Notes under the pieces: generated by a model
What the model was told of the DNA's origin: nothing
What the model saw: the letters and a program-made list of their open reading frames with translations, nothing else
The model's database searches: none
In this document: piece after piece, positions 21,399-32,957 of the stretch
Position numbering within the stretch: the stretch's first letter is position 1
Layout: every line of letters starts with the position of its first letter
From: Eukaryota sp. GEM-RC1
Lineage: Eukaryota
Direction: 5' to 3'
Assembly (NCBI GenBank): GCA_040285855.1
Contig: JAUFOQ010000002.1
Location: forward strand, 2,480,001 to 2,544,000
Length of the DNA stretch: 64,000 bases
Translations under genes and position numbers: made by a program

Positions 21399-23940
21399 TA
21401 TAGATGGGAGCCGGCTCAAATTTTGCTCACGGCTCAGCTGCAGGTACTAGTTAGCCGGCTATGGCTTCCAACATAGTTTAGCCGGCTCAAGCCGGCTTTA
21501 GCCGGCTCAGCCGCAATGAGTTTGATGTAGATTTATTGTTTAACTGTTTTGTCAAAGCATATGCTTTCAGTGTCTTCTCTTTGATAGATTTGTTTTATGT
21601 GGTTCATTATTGTTATACATAAATTCTACCCTATTCTTCAATTATCGCTACTCTACTCATCGTCTTTCTGATCTTCTTCGTTCAAAAGCCAGCACCGCAA
21701 ACACATTAATGCAGTTACCGTGGTGTCATCTAACCGGGAACGCTTCTTAGTTATTACGTTACCAGTTTGTGAAAACAATCGTTCACTACTAACGGAGGTC
21801 GCTTGAACAGCTAACATATCCCTTGCAAATTTGCTCATCAGAGGAAAGTTTTCAGAGTTTACTCTCCACCAATCTAAGGGATTGTCATTCTCGGCCGAAA
21901 ACATAGAAAGATACGTATGTAACTCCTTTTCAACTGATAGATCCTCAGAGTCAGAACGTTCATCTGTGGTACTGTTCTGGGACACAGATTCTTTGATGAT
22001 CTTAAGCTTAGCTCTGAAGGATTTGGTCTTCTTTCTCACTTCTCTTCCTCCATTTTCACTGCTATACTCCTCCTGAAGGCGTGTTAATAGCAGATGTCTA
22101 ACTTCCTGCAAGTTCACATGCGTTGGCCACATTAAAGGACTTAACTTGATAGACGGATCCATCACAGTTGCAATCTTGGTCGTGTCATTCAGTACATTGG
22201 CATCGTACTTAGCAATGATTTTCTTCATAAAGATGCTACAAAAACCGGTTACTTTGTTTGGATATACCTCACTCAATTCCTGCATCTTTTTGTGCAGGTC
22301 TGACTTCCGGCGAATATTCTCCAATTCTGCCAAATTGCTGTTTAGTACTCCTTGGCCAAATTTGGCAATTTCAACATCTAGCACTTCTTTTATGGTTTCC
22401 CAATACAGAATTGTATGGGAAATTGTCACGTCAGATGCAGATGAAAGATCGGTTGTGATATCATAGAATGGTTTCAACAGTTTCAACAGCTTTGACAATG
22501 TTACTGTTTCAAAGTCAGATAATATTAGTTCAGTAATTTGCTCATTTTGTAAGAAGTAATTAATGATAGCCAACTGGTCGTGATACGTTTTTAGCATGAG
22601 ATATGTACTATTCCAGCGAGTAGGAACGTCAGAGGGAATTCTTTGAAATTTTTGCCTGTGTCTTTGGCGCAAGTTTTGAGCTTTTCATTCAATGAACTGG
22701 ACATATGGGTTTTAGACGTCAATTTTTGAATCTTAAGTATACTGGCTTGTATAAAGGGCAATCCATTCTGGACCATGATGTTTAAAACATGAGCAAAGCA
22801 TCGCTGATTTTCAGACCTTTCGTTCAGTAAATCAACTGCATTCACAATGTTCCCAGCATTGTCAGTTGTCCATGATTGTGTCTTGGTTTGAAGCCCATAA
22901 TCAGCAATAATGGTGTTCAGTTTCGCTGAAATCATTTCTGCGGTATGCGGAAAAGGCAAGTAAGAGATATCGAGAGTGCATGTAAGTAGCTCATATGCGT
23001 CATTAATGTAGTGGCCTACGACAGAAATATAGGGTGTCCCATTATTTGAAGTCCACAAATCGGACGTAAGAGACATCTTCGAAGTGTTAAGTGCCAGCGT
23101 TTCTTGAAGCAATAACTTTTTTTGTGCGAATAAATTCAATATCGTATCCGTAATCGTTTTTCTGCACGGTAGACTCACAGACGGTTCGTAAAACTGAAGG
23201 ATCTTCAAGAGAGTTGGAGATTCAATGTACGACAATGGATGTTGATCAGCAAGAATATGATCAACAATGAGAGGAATTACTCCACTTGGATCTTTTTTGA
23301 AGGAGCGTTCTGTTGGCTGAAGATATTCAGTTATTTGTCGACTCTTTTTAAGGGGAGGAACTTCAGATTCATAGAGCTTATTATGGTGCTTTCTCACATG
23401 AGAACGCAAGTTACCTGTGGCTGTCGATGACTTGTAGCGCTTAGAGACACAAAATTTACATTCGATGGTTTCAGTACGCACTTCTATATCACCATTTGGG
23501 AGTTTCTTGGCCGCCTGTTGGAAGAAAGGAGCAATATCTTTGGGAAGAGGCTTGAGGAGTTCTAAGGAAACTATGTCGTTGGAAGAGTTGCTTTGAGATA
23601 CTTCTATAGGTTCTTCATTGTCAGAGACCAAAGTAATGTCCATTGCAAATTGATGTGAAGAATGTAAACTGCTGATTATTGTGCTAATGTTGATAAAGAT
23701 TATTTTTATAGAAATTCTTTAGTTTTAATATTTAATGTCCTGCAATGTTATGTTTGTATCAATTCATGAACGAATTATAAATATTTCAGCTGTCAAAAAT
23801 GAAATTTCAATAATCGGCTTGAGCCGGCTAAAAGTTATTTGAGCCAGCCGGCTTGCAGCTGGAAATATTTCCAATTTGGGACAGCCGGCTGGCTCGGCTA
23901 GCCGGCTGAGCCGGCTAAATTTAGCCGGCTCCCATCTCTA
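21399..23940 (-). mobile_element. Complete hAT-superfamily DNA transposon
   Basis: 18-bp TIR TA(T/G)AGATGGGAGCCGGCT with one mismatch; 8-bp TSD ACTCCAAC at 21391-21398 and 23941-23948; many subterminal AGCCGGCT palindromes. Confidence 0.97.
21653..23643 (-). CDS. hAT transposase (BED zinc finger, DDE core, C-terminal dimerisation domain); one frameshift in an A run near 22642
   Basis: CKFC...TGNLRSHVRKHH, SLTSDLWTS, TTDNAGN, RCFAHVLN, DVPTRWNSTY, PLDWWR...ATSVSSERLFS. Confidence 0.93.
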
Positions 23941-24545
23941 ACTCCAACTAGTAGTCAAAAACTTGACTTTCAGCAATACACAACTAGAACCATGCTGCAA
24001 TGTAGCAGGTACACATGCATTTTGAAGATTTAAATGTACAAGTAAGTGTATTTTTTTATAAGAAGCTTAGAAAAGATCTAGCAAGCTGTCAGCGCACAAT
24101 AGTCTTGTCATTACCATCTCACATTACCATCTGAATCAGTTGAAGGCACCCATTGCTCTTGTTCCACAGAGATTACAGGAATTCCTCGTTCTGTGTAATG
24201 GATATCAGGATTGATGAGGCAATAAGAAGTTCTGGAGTTAGGGCAAGGAAATCATCATACTCGGTTTGAGTTTTGGAGTCCATTGGAGTTGAGTGAAGCG
24301 TGGAATTTGAAATTTGAGAATTATGCCGAATATTTGTATCTTTGTCACGTATACACGTCAGATGATTTACACAAGTAATTCTGGACTTGTAATAGAAGAT
24401 GTTCTTGTGTACTTGTTCACTGTCATCTTTCACTATCAATCTTGAAAGCCCGTCCTAGATTTACTGTTGATACAGCACCGCTTGAATGTATCCACTCCAT
24501 TGTTGGGACTTGTCACTACCATTTAATGATTTGCCAACAGCGAAG

Positions 24546-25901
24546 CAGTGATCGTCAGAATATTAGACCACAAAAACGGCAACTTTTCAGACGAATCCGT
24601 AAAAATTTTCCATAATATACCGAACGTAATATTTTATGGTAACAATATTACTTTCCCTAAATAATTGCAATTCGGAACAGTATTTCACCGTAAATGTAGT
24701 ATTGGATTTCCAAGTATCTACAACAAGAATTGTCATCAAACTGTTCGTTTGTTTGGAGTGAAAACCAAAGTAAAAATCATATTTACTTCTAACACCACAA
24801 TCCTCTTATGTTCGTTTTGGCATGAATTTTTTTTGTGTATTCTTATTTATGGAACAAAAACGCTAAGATTAACATAAATACTAGAACTCAATATCATTAA
24901 GGCAACAATCATTGCCATTAAAACTCACATCACCTTTTTCTTCATAAAAAACACTGAGAGCTAATAGAGGTTTTGAAATCATATAAGGAATTGTTTTAAA
25001 TATTGTAAAAACAATTCGATTCAACCAAAACTTAAAATCAAATTTCTTGTTCATTCTTTTCTCAAAATCAGAGAGAAAACAGAGATCATCTCTACCAAGT
25101 CGACCATAAATTGAAATTGCAAAAGGACATCATTTGCACTCAGTTTATCTAGTATGTTTGAGAGCAGTCACTGGTACATCATATTTGTTTCTCGTATATT
25201 GTTCTGAAAAATCAAGGGAGACACTTCATTTTTAGCATCCTTGAATGCACTTATTTTGCAAACATCCACAGTGATCACATCAACAACCGTTAGTTCATCA
25301 TTGACTGAAGGAACTGTGACATCAGCTCTTCTTTTACCAGCAGTCTCATCAGAATCACTATGTTTTAAATTATTGAAAATTTCACACAATCTTCGGAATA
25401 ATTAACAAAAGGAATAACAGTACTTTGGAAGACCATATCAACATGAGATCGTCCAGTAACTAGACAGTTTTTGTACTTAATAGACAAACCAATTCTATCA
25501 GACAACTCGATATATTTTTGATGTTCTGAAGATTCAAAACTTTGATAGTCATAAACATCATCAGTTTTGGCATGATACAGAAGATAGGTGTATCCCTTAC
25601 CCTTCTTAATCCAAGCCAAAAAATGGGTTGACAGTACTTACACTTGTAGTAGTCAGCAGAGAGTACAGTATGGTACCTGGGAGGACGTATAGGGTCTTCC
25701 AGTTTCGTGAAGAAGTTTATGAGACACATCGTCTTTTCGTTGTTTACGGAAAAATACATATTTTACGGAAATGTTTTACCGTAAATACTTTCCATATTTT
25801 ACGGAAAACTCTATTTTACGGAAAGCAACAGACAGTACCGTGCCGTATTTATGGAAATTCCGTAAATACGCTGCTTTAATTTTACGGTTTGACGATCACT
25901 G
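24546..25901 (-). mobile_element. Decayed hAT-like element with a BED-finger remnant and an internal non-LTR retrotransposon fragment
   Basis: 12-bp TIR CAGTGATCGTCA / TGACGATCACTG; many TTTACGG/CCGTAAA subterminal repeats; minus-strand YKCKYCQ...GKGYTYLLYHAK; no 8-bp TSD found. Confidence 0.65.
25050..25389 (-). pseudogene. Restriction-like endonuclease C-terminal fragment of an RLE-type non-LTR retrotransposon
   Basis: KRRADVTVP...VVDVITVD followed, after a stop, by FAISIYGRLG; fits the R-x-D...D-V and F-x-x-S-x-x-G-x-x-G pattern. Confidence 0.55.
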
Positions 25902-26076
25902 AGGTACCGTACCGTGATTATGGCAATTCCATAAACAAACAAAAACGTGCAGTGCTGTAAGGACATCTACACGAAAGAACCAACAATGCCAGATTATATA
26001 TTTTGTCATCAGCTCCATTTGTCTCATGTTAAAATTTTGCTACTACAAATATATTATAACATTGTTTTATTTACAA

Positions 26077-27625
26077 CTACAACAAATCTAAATAAATTGA
26101 AGCAGAATTTGTTGGATTTAGCGGATCTTTAGAAGTACACTCAAAGCCATGACTTTCAGTAATACAACATGTAACTTCTACCTTATATCCCATTGGATGT
26201 GGTGGAATTCCAGACAATGGAAACTTTCCTAATAACTTCGTGCCATCCACTGAGCCAAATCGATCTGATGGTATCTCTCCTTCAACTACATGATGGTCAA
26301 TCGTTTCTTGATTATGGTAAGTAGTATAGTAAGACTTTGTGCAGTGACTACCAAATCGAGTAAACCTGGGGAACAAACAGTCAACGTCAGTGTCGTTAAC
26401 TCTGAGGCCAATATCATAAGGTAGAATGTCAACAACAGGTTTGCTTGCAATCATTGCAGCTCCTTGAGCCACAGCGAAGTCAGGATGCTCTGGAGAGATC
26501 ACTTCAACGCTTCCAAAGTAGTTCTGAAGCCTACCATGTACAGCTGGAACTCTGGTACTACCACCAACCAAGAGAACTTTGTATAGAGACTGCTTTGCCA
26601 TGTGTGCCCGATTCAACAACTTCTCAACTTCCTCTATTGATGTGTCTATGCTTGTGTTAATCAAATTGTTAAACTTTGTTCTTGTGATCCTGATTTCCAT
26701 GTCATAACCTTCATATAACGAATCAATTTCAATAGATGTCGACGTGATTTCTGACAATTGCTCCTTAACTTTTCTACACTCTTGTAGAAGCCTAGACTTT
26801 GGATAATTTGAGATTTCCTCAATACCATGCTCCTTGCAGAACTTCTTCGAGAAGTGTTGAGCTAGAGCGTTATCAAAGTCTGCACCACCAAGATAGGGAT
26901 GTCCTGAAACTGCTTTAATGGAGATACTTCCATCAAGAACGTTGACAAGGGAAGCATCAAAAGTACCACCACCTAAGTCGTAAACCAGGAGATCAATGTC
27001 AGGCTCAGGGATAGGGTTACGTTCTTTCCAGCAAATGGCAGCAGCAGTAGGTTCAGCAGGCATTCTGACAACATTGAGGCCGGCTATCTTGGCAGCTTCC
27101 CTCGTATCTCTTCGTTGAATGGAACCAAATGAAGCCGGAACTGTGAGGACGACATCATTGACAGTAGCATTGAGGTAGAGTTCAGCGCACCTTTTAAGGT
27201 ATTTGAGGATTTCTGAAGCAACATCTATAGGGGAAACAGTCTGGATTTGATCATCCACATCAAGTTCAAAAAGAATAGAGTCATTGAGACCTTCTATAAC
27301 ATGAAAAGAAAAGCTGTCAAGATCAGCTTGAAGGGAATCACCAGGGACGGAGAGATCAGAGAAGTTCTTGCCAATGAAACGCTTGGAGTTGTGGATGACA
27401 TTATGTGCTGAATGAGGTGTCTTTACAAGAGACAATGCATCTTCTCCTACAACGATACCGTCAGAAGTGTAGGCTACAACTGATGGTGTTCGATATCGAC
27501 CATGTTCGTTTAGAATCATATCCGGTCTGAAGTCAGAATTGGAGTGATTGTTACAAACACATTGTCACGAAAGACGCATATTGAGGAGTATGTAGTTCCT
27601 AAATCTATTCCAATGGAAAAGACAT
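26077..27625 (-). CDS. Atypical lid-less Hsp70 (type A-1); intron 27527-27558, probable 1-nt error just after the ATG
   Basis: IGIDLGTT, RTPSVV, KRFIG, TVPASF, AEPTAAA, DLGGGTFD, VGGSTRVP, SBD-beta (TTYHNQ, VVEGE, LLGKF.LSGIPP); stops before any helical lid. Confidence 0.88.
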
Positions 27626-28817
27626 TGAAAAATATGAGTCAATTCCAACTTTTCATGTTAGTGTTTTGCAAGGTTCGAAAATTGGGTAAAATACGGTACG
27701 CCAGTATACAGGAGGGTCCTACAGGTTCATCATTCAGTACGATTGATTTACGATGATTTGGGACTTTGATAGATAGTGGTGACACAAAATGTTCCTATAT
27801 TTTTTCTCCAACTGAGAGCAATTTGGAACTCAATTTTAGACATACATGTGCAAACTTCAAGTCATTTCTCTCAGTTAAACACCGTTGAAGAACAATAGGT
27901 GTATTTTGCATTGACTTTTAAACTACTGTTGTCCGTTTATGAAACTTAAACTTTTACACCAAAGAGTTTCTAAATTAAGATGACATTGTATTTGGTTTAA
28001 ATGTTATATTAAAGGGGAACTGATCTGAATGAATAAGTACAAAAGACCCTTTAAAATATTTTTGGCTCATGAACATAGTTGACAATCACATATCACAGTG
28101 TGATTTGTGATTACCAAATAACAAAGTTTTGTATAAATAAATAAAACCAAATCAATCCTTAACGTATACTCAATCTAAGTTTTATTTCAATGTATAGACT
28201 TTTTGATTCCTATTTTGCCATTTTACGTGTTTCGCTTCCTGTTGTGTGATTCATTCAGCTCATAAGCATGTGGTTTTCTGAACTAGATAAAATTTAAGAA
28301 ATATTTAAGGTATTTATTTTGAACCATATTTTTAACATACCTGCAGAATACATTTTCCTGTATTCTGTGTACTTTTTCCGTATTCGGTACTGAAATACGT
28401 TTAACTCTTAATTTTTACGAAAACTTTCTCGTACTATTTATCAGTAGGACTACATTCTTTGGATGTAGTTCTTTCATCAAGACTTGTTCTTGTTTGATAG
28501 GATTTATTGAAGTTTATAGAAAAACGGCATTAAAGAGGATCGATTGGAATACACAACCACAACGCTTAACAACACCAATGAAATGTTCCCACATTACATA
28601 AAACAATGGAATTCTGTGTCTCGATCTCAATGTCAGTCAGCAAGAAAGTGATTAATTGTTTCATCTAAATAACTCCTTCCTAAAAGATAATCAAACTCAA
28701 TTTATGTCAGTCGAGCACATTCTCTTCTTTCCAGAAGAGAATTAACCATAATTGAAACAAAAAAGACAATTAAAGTCAAACAAACAAAACTATAATGGTC
28801 AAAACTAGTACTAAATA

Positions 28818-29327
28818 TTAAAATAACTGCATGGGATCAAAAGAAGCAGTGCCGCCTCTTTGACGTGATGCAACTTTATTCTTGGATTCAACTCTCTTGG
28901 CTCTACCAGAATCAGTGAGAAGTTCTAGGAAATCAGAGGCATTCTTACTATTTCTAGTCTGTTGAGGTGTTTCTGATGTGTGTACAATGTTAACTGAAGA
29001 AGTGGGGAGTTGCAGTGTTCGAGATTTCGCTATAATTGTGGCTTTCTTAACAACTTTTGTTGTCCCAGAAGTGAGAGGTCCGCTAACAACGCTTCTTGGA
29101 AGTGCAAGAGATGTCAGTGAGTCAGATGAAGGCTTCTGAATGGATTTTGAATTGTCTTCAGGTTGTGGGGTTTGACTTGATTGGCTTGAATCTTCTGAGC
29201 TTAGGGAAGATTTTGTGGCCCGTTTAGAAACTGAGCGAGGACGGCGCTTAGGAGACGGAGTAACCAATTCAGGTGTTTGAGAAGATGAAGTAGAGGACCT
29301 TCGTGCTCGAGACCGTGTGACAACCAT
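28818..29327 (-). CDS. Hypothetical Ser/Arg/Lys-rich low-complexity protein
   Basis: 169 aa ATG-started ORF (MVVTRSRARR...) followed by an AT-rich 3' flank; no recognisable domain. Confidence 0.6.
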   Translation of the reverse strand: MVVTRSRARRSSTSSSQTPELVTPSPKRRPRSVSKRATKSSLSSEDSSQSSQTPQPEDNSKSIQKPSSDSLTSLALPRSVVSGPLTSGTTKVVKKATIIAKSRTLQLPTSSVNIVHTSETPQQTRNSKNASDFLELLTDSGRAKRVESKNKVASRQRGGTASFDPMQLF

Positions 29328-29482
29328 GGAAGGCTACAGAAATGAAGATTTCTCTTCAACTAATTCACCCATATTCTCTATACACATACTGTACTCTATA
29401 TTATAGAAATCATAACTTGTAAATAACCAGTATATTATGGAAATCAACAATAAAAAAATACAATGATCTACAAAATTCGAAC

Positions 29483-30043
29483 TTACACCATTCCAGCCAA
29501 TTGGTCCTTAATTTTGGACAAACCATCCAGCATGATTGAGAGGGAATCTTTATTCATCTCAAAGGAAACATCATCAATTTTTCCTTCAGTGTTTTTCAGT
29601 TGCAACGATACATGAGCAGATGGAGCTGTCATCTGAACTGACTCCGAGGAAGCACAAGAAAGAACAACATTTGATGATAGATTCAATAATCGAGGTAGAA
29701 AAACCGGGATATTAGCTCTACTTTTGAAGTCTGGAAGAAGTTTGCTAAGTTGTTTGGACAGTAGACCACGTAACTGCGGGTGAAAGCCATCAGAAAACAC
29801 TTTTGAGATGTCATCTCTTGTGGTTAAGTTTTTGTCCACACACTGTTTAACAAGTTGGATAATAGAAACTCGTAATTCATGAGACTGGTCATCAGTGATT
29901 GAAAGAAGTGAAGAAATATCAGTTTCACAAGATGCATCATCAGTAAGAGATGAGTTCATGGAAAGGGAGATGCATTCAGTAATAACGTGTTTAGAAGTAC
30001 TTTCCAGCAGTAGAAGAAGAGGCGGTTCGGAAAGGACAGTCAT
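29483..30043 (-). CDS. COMMD9: COMM domain-containing protein, COMMD9-like
   Basis: LPRL...ASS...P.AHVSLQL...VSFEMNKDSLSIMLDGLSKIKDQL matches the COMMD9 C-terminus; start could be 30043 or 30058. Confidence 0.75.
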   Translation of the reverse strand: MTVLSEPPLLLLLESTSKHVITECISLSMNSSLTDDASCETDISSLLSITDDQSHELRVSIIQLVKQCVDKNLTTRDDISKVFSDGFHPQLRGLLSKQLSKLLPDFKSRANIPVFLPRLLNLSSNVVLSCASSESVQMTAPSAHVSLQLKNTEGKIDDVSFEMNKDSLSIMLDGLSKIKDQLAGMV

Positions 30044-30750
30044 GATTTTAGGGTTCAAAGATTATTTTCCAAGTGTACATTTTGTGTTGATCGTTTTTGT
30101 CATTCTAATACTTTGAACTTGAACAAAGTATGTACAGTACTCCGCAACATGGATAATGGATGAATTGTGTTTGTACATAATGCATTCTAAATAATTTTTA
30201 ACGTGTTTCACATAACTCTAAAGATTTATTACACTCTTAAAAAATTCTAGGAAGAACCTGAAACAATGATCCTGAAACAGACAGAAACACTGTTCTACCC
30301 TTGTGGAACTGGACCACTCATGATCATAAATGTATCAAAAACAGTAGGCAAAGACCGATTTGATAGAAACATTTGATTTTTGATAAAACTCTTAAAAATA
30401 AAAAAAAGCAGTACCAAATAATGAAACTACAATGGAGACAAAATCGGCACAATAGCTAACTTAAAATCTAATAAACAGAAGTCTTCAAATTCAGTACATA
30501 TACCCAAATGAAGGAACGAATTTCCAATCGTAAGCAGTCGTGATCATTCAGATAACATCACAACATAATATTAAACCATCTGAAAGCTGAATAAAAAAAT
30601 TGAAATAAGCCCAATAATTAACTACAAGAGTAATCCTGGTGAGTGAAGTTCTTGAAAGATGATTTAAGAGTGAAGATGGTTGTACATTACTCAAAACTCA
30701 AAGGAAAAGACGACTCTCATACTAGTTAGCACTACCAATCACGTCACCAA

Positions 30751-31260
30751 TCAAAATAAAAGCGATAACGACAAAAGAGAACTCCGAATATCAGTGGGAA
30801 ACTGTACTGTAAGGAAATGATCCTTATGGAAAGGGTCGTAACACTTCGGAAAACACTCTAAAGGATGATTGATCTTGAACGAAAGAGTGAACGAAGATGA
30901 GTACTTCAAATGTCGCAAATGAGTGTAATACATCACCATTTTGATTTTTGGACCAAGATTTGGATGGAAAAAGAAGTATTCAAGCCGATTATCAAAGAAG
31001 CAGACTTTGCTTGGGGTTCTACAGAGAAGAGATCCAACAGTGAACTTTCTACAGTTGTATGTGAAGAGAGGAGATTCCTCCAAGGGTAGTAGTGAATCAA
31101 GAGATTTAACACAGTCTAAGATACTCACACGACGTTTAGAAGAAGATGGTGAGTCACCACGAGATTTAGGACGTATCAATGAAGAATCCGGAATGGTGTG
31201 GACCGATGGAATGGTATGTATAGTTGAAGAACGAGATAGAGGACGATGAGCGAACGTCAT
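30751..31260 (-). CDS. Hypothetical protein, beta-rich C-terminal domain
   Basis: 169 aa ATG-started ORF with a disordered N-terminus and alternating hydrophobic strands (IKMVMYY, SFKINHPL, YDP). Confidence 0.6.
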   Translation of the reverse strand: MTFAHRPLSRSSTIHTIPSVHTIPDSSLIRPKSRGDSPSSSKRRVSILDCVKSLDSLLPLEESPLFTYNCRKFTVGSLLCRTPSKVCFFDNRLEYFFFHPNLGPKIKMVMYYTHLRHLKYSSSFTLSFKINHPLECFPKCYDPFHKDHFLTVQFPTDIRSSLLSLSLLF

Positions 31261-31461
31261 CAGAAAATCTGATGTAATTGTAATGTGACATTACTAATGT
31301 CAATCCCCAGTTTAATACCTGCACATATATGTGTCTTGTATCAGAAGCTGACTATATGGTGTATGCTAGTGTAGCTAGAAACTGTAAATCACACACTATA
31401 TCAAACAACAAACTAAGACAAACTAAATATTAATAGAATTCAGTCACTGATTCGACAACAT

Positions 31462-31722
31462 TTAAGTAGATGACATATATGGAGCAGTTCCATCAACAAG
31501 TTCTGACCGAATAAGAGCAAGAGAACGCATTTTGGAAGGGTGCTTGTCACAATTGATCGTATGAACGTACATGCAGAGAGCGCTGAAAACCTTCGAGTCT
31601 CTGTACGCTAATCGCTTGATCAGGTTGCATAAATACCGCAACTGAAAAGAATCATGTGGATGCCGAGCTCGAAAATATATCCATAGATCATCAATAGCTC
31701 GTGTAAGATTATTACGATCCAT
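31462..31722 (-). CDS. Small helical protein of unknown family, copy 1
   Basis: Protein-level similarity to the 32097 ORF: L.RAIDDLW.YFR...QLRYLC..IK.L..RD...F..LC.YV.T.NC.K.P.KM.S..LIR.EL. Confidence 0.8.
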   Translation of the reverse strand: MDRNNLTRAIDDLWIYFRARHPHDSFQLRYLCNLIKRLAYRDSKVFSALCMYVHTINCDKHPSKMRSLALIRSELVDGTAPYMSST

Positions 31723-32096
31723 TCTGTAATCTGGTGTTCAGGGCAGAGAAAGGAGAAGAAAACTAAAGGTTTCATTTTTGATCTCTCAAATAACGTGCTC
31801 CTCTCAACAGTATTAATTACGGAGTACCTTACAGTAAGGGTAAAACATGTCATATTGTGTCTCGTTATTACACTACAGCCATCTTGGATCAACATGTTTG
31901 GACTAAGTAGATCGCATCTGTTGATGTCGAATATCATACAGTATTTGCCCTCAATCAGTTTCGTACTAGTACGTGTTCTTGGGTTTTATAGATAGAAACA
32001 AACCTACACACAAACTATTGGGAAAACTAAAAGAGACTACTATACACTAAATCGAAGACAACTACAATGCAAAAACAATACCAAGAAACGGTCAAG

Positions 32097-32369
32097 CTAC
32101 GTCGCTGACTCTGTGAAGGATTGAATTCCTTTCCCCAATTCAACTCGTATAAGGGAGATCGAGGCCATCTTAGTGGGACGTTTCTCGCAATTGACGGTCT
32201 GGACATAGCGACAAAGATCATTGAAAGTTGTTCTATCACGAGCTCCTAGAAACTTGATTGTTTTACAAAGATATCGAAGTTGGGAGGGATTGGGATATTG
32301 CTGAGTACGGAAGTAGCCCCAAAGATCGTCTATGGCTCTTACTAGATGCGAAGGTTGATATAAGCTCAT
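32097..32369 (-). CDS. Small helical protein of unknown family, copy 2
   Basis: Paralog of 31462-31722, with conserved protein but diverged DNA; ATG start MSLYQP. Confidence 0.8.
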   Translation of the reverse strand: MSLYQPSHLVRAIDDLWGYFRTQQYPNPSQLRYLCKTIKFLGARDRTTFNDLCRYVQTVNCEKRPTKMASISLIRVELGKGIQSFTESAT

Positions 32370-32957
32370 GTTTTGGTTTTGGGAAGGGAACAAATCTTAG
32401 GAACTGAACACTTCCCTTTTGAAGTCCGATTGCGCATTTCTTTCCAACTTAGTCACTACATGATATGGTCGTAGGGATTAGCAGCCCTAATCTCCAATAG
32501 TGTTGGCTGAACTTTATAGTTTGCGGCCCTCTTCATCGATCTCCAAACAACATTTTTCCCTCATCCTCAGTAGTCATCTTACACCACAAACATATCAAGT
32601 ACATTCAGTTGTCTATTTCAAGTTGAGTGGAATTTTCAACGTTGTATATCGAGGACAATCCACTCTTTGCACAGTATATTCGAAAACCAAACCAATCGAT
32701 GTTTGTTGACGAAGTTTATATCAGAAGCCCGATTGTTTGTTGTAGATTTTGTGGGTGTCTACAATAAAGAATAGTTATACCCGCTTCCGTAATATGGGTT
32801 TTTTTGAGACAACTCAGAGCTATTCAGTCAGAATGACATCCATGGTCACTTCAATGTAGAGCTTGTATACCTGTTTGAGTAGGAATGAATTTGTCGTGAC
32901 CTATACTAGCAGATTTATCGTATATTATCGTAGTTTATAAAATACAATCAAAAAGTT

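Noticed and set aside
21405..21515. GC-rich AGCCGGCT repeats as an ncRNA or array
   Set aside because: They are subterminal repeats of the hAT element, mirrored at 23815-23935
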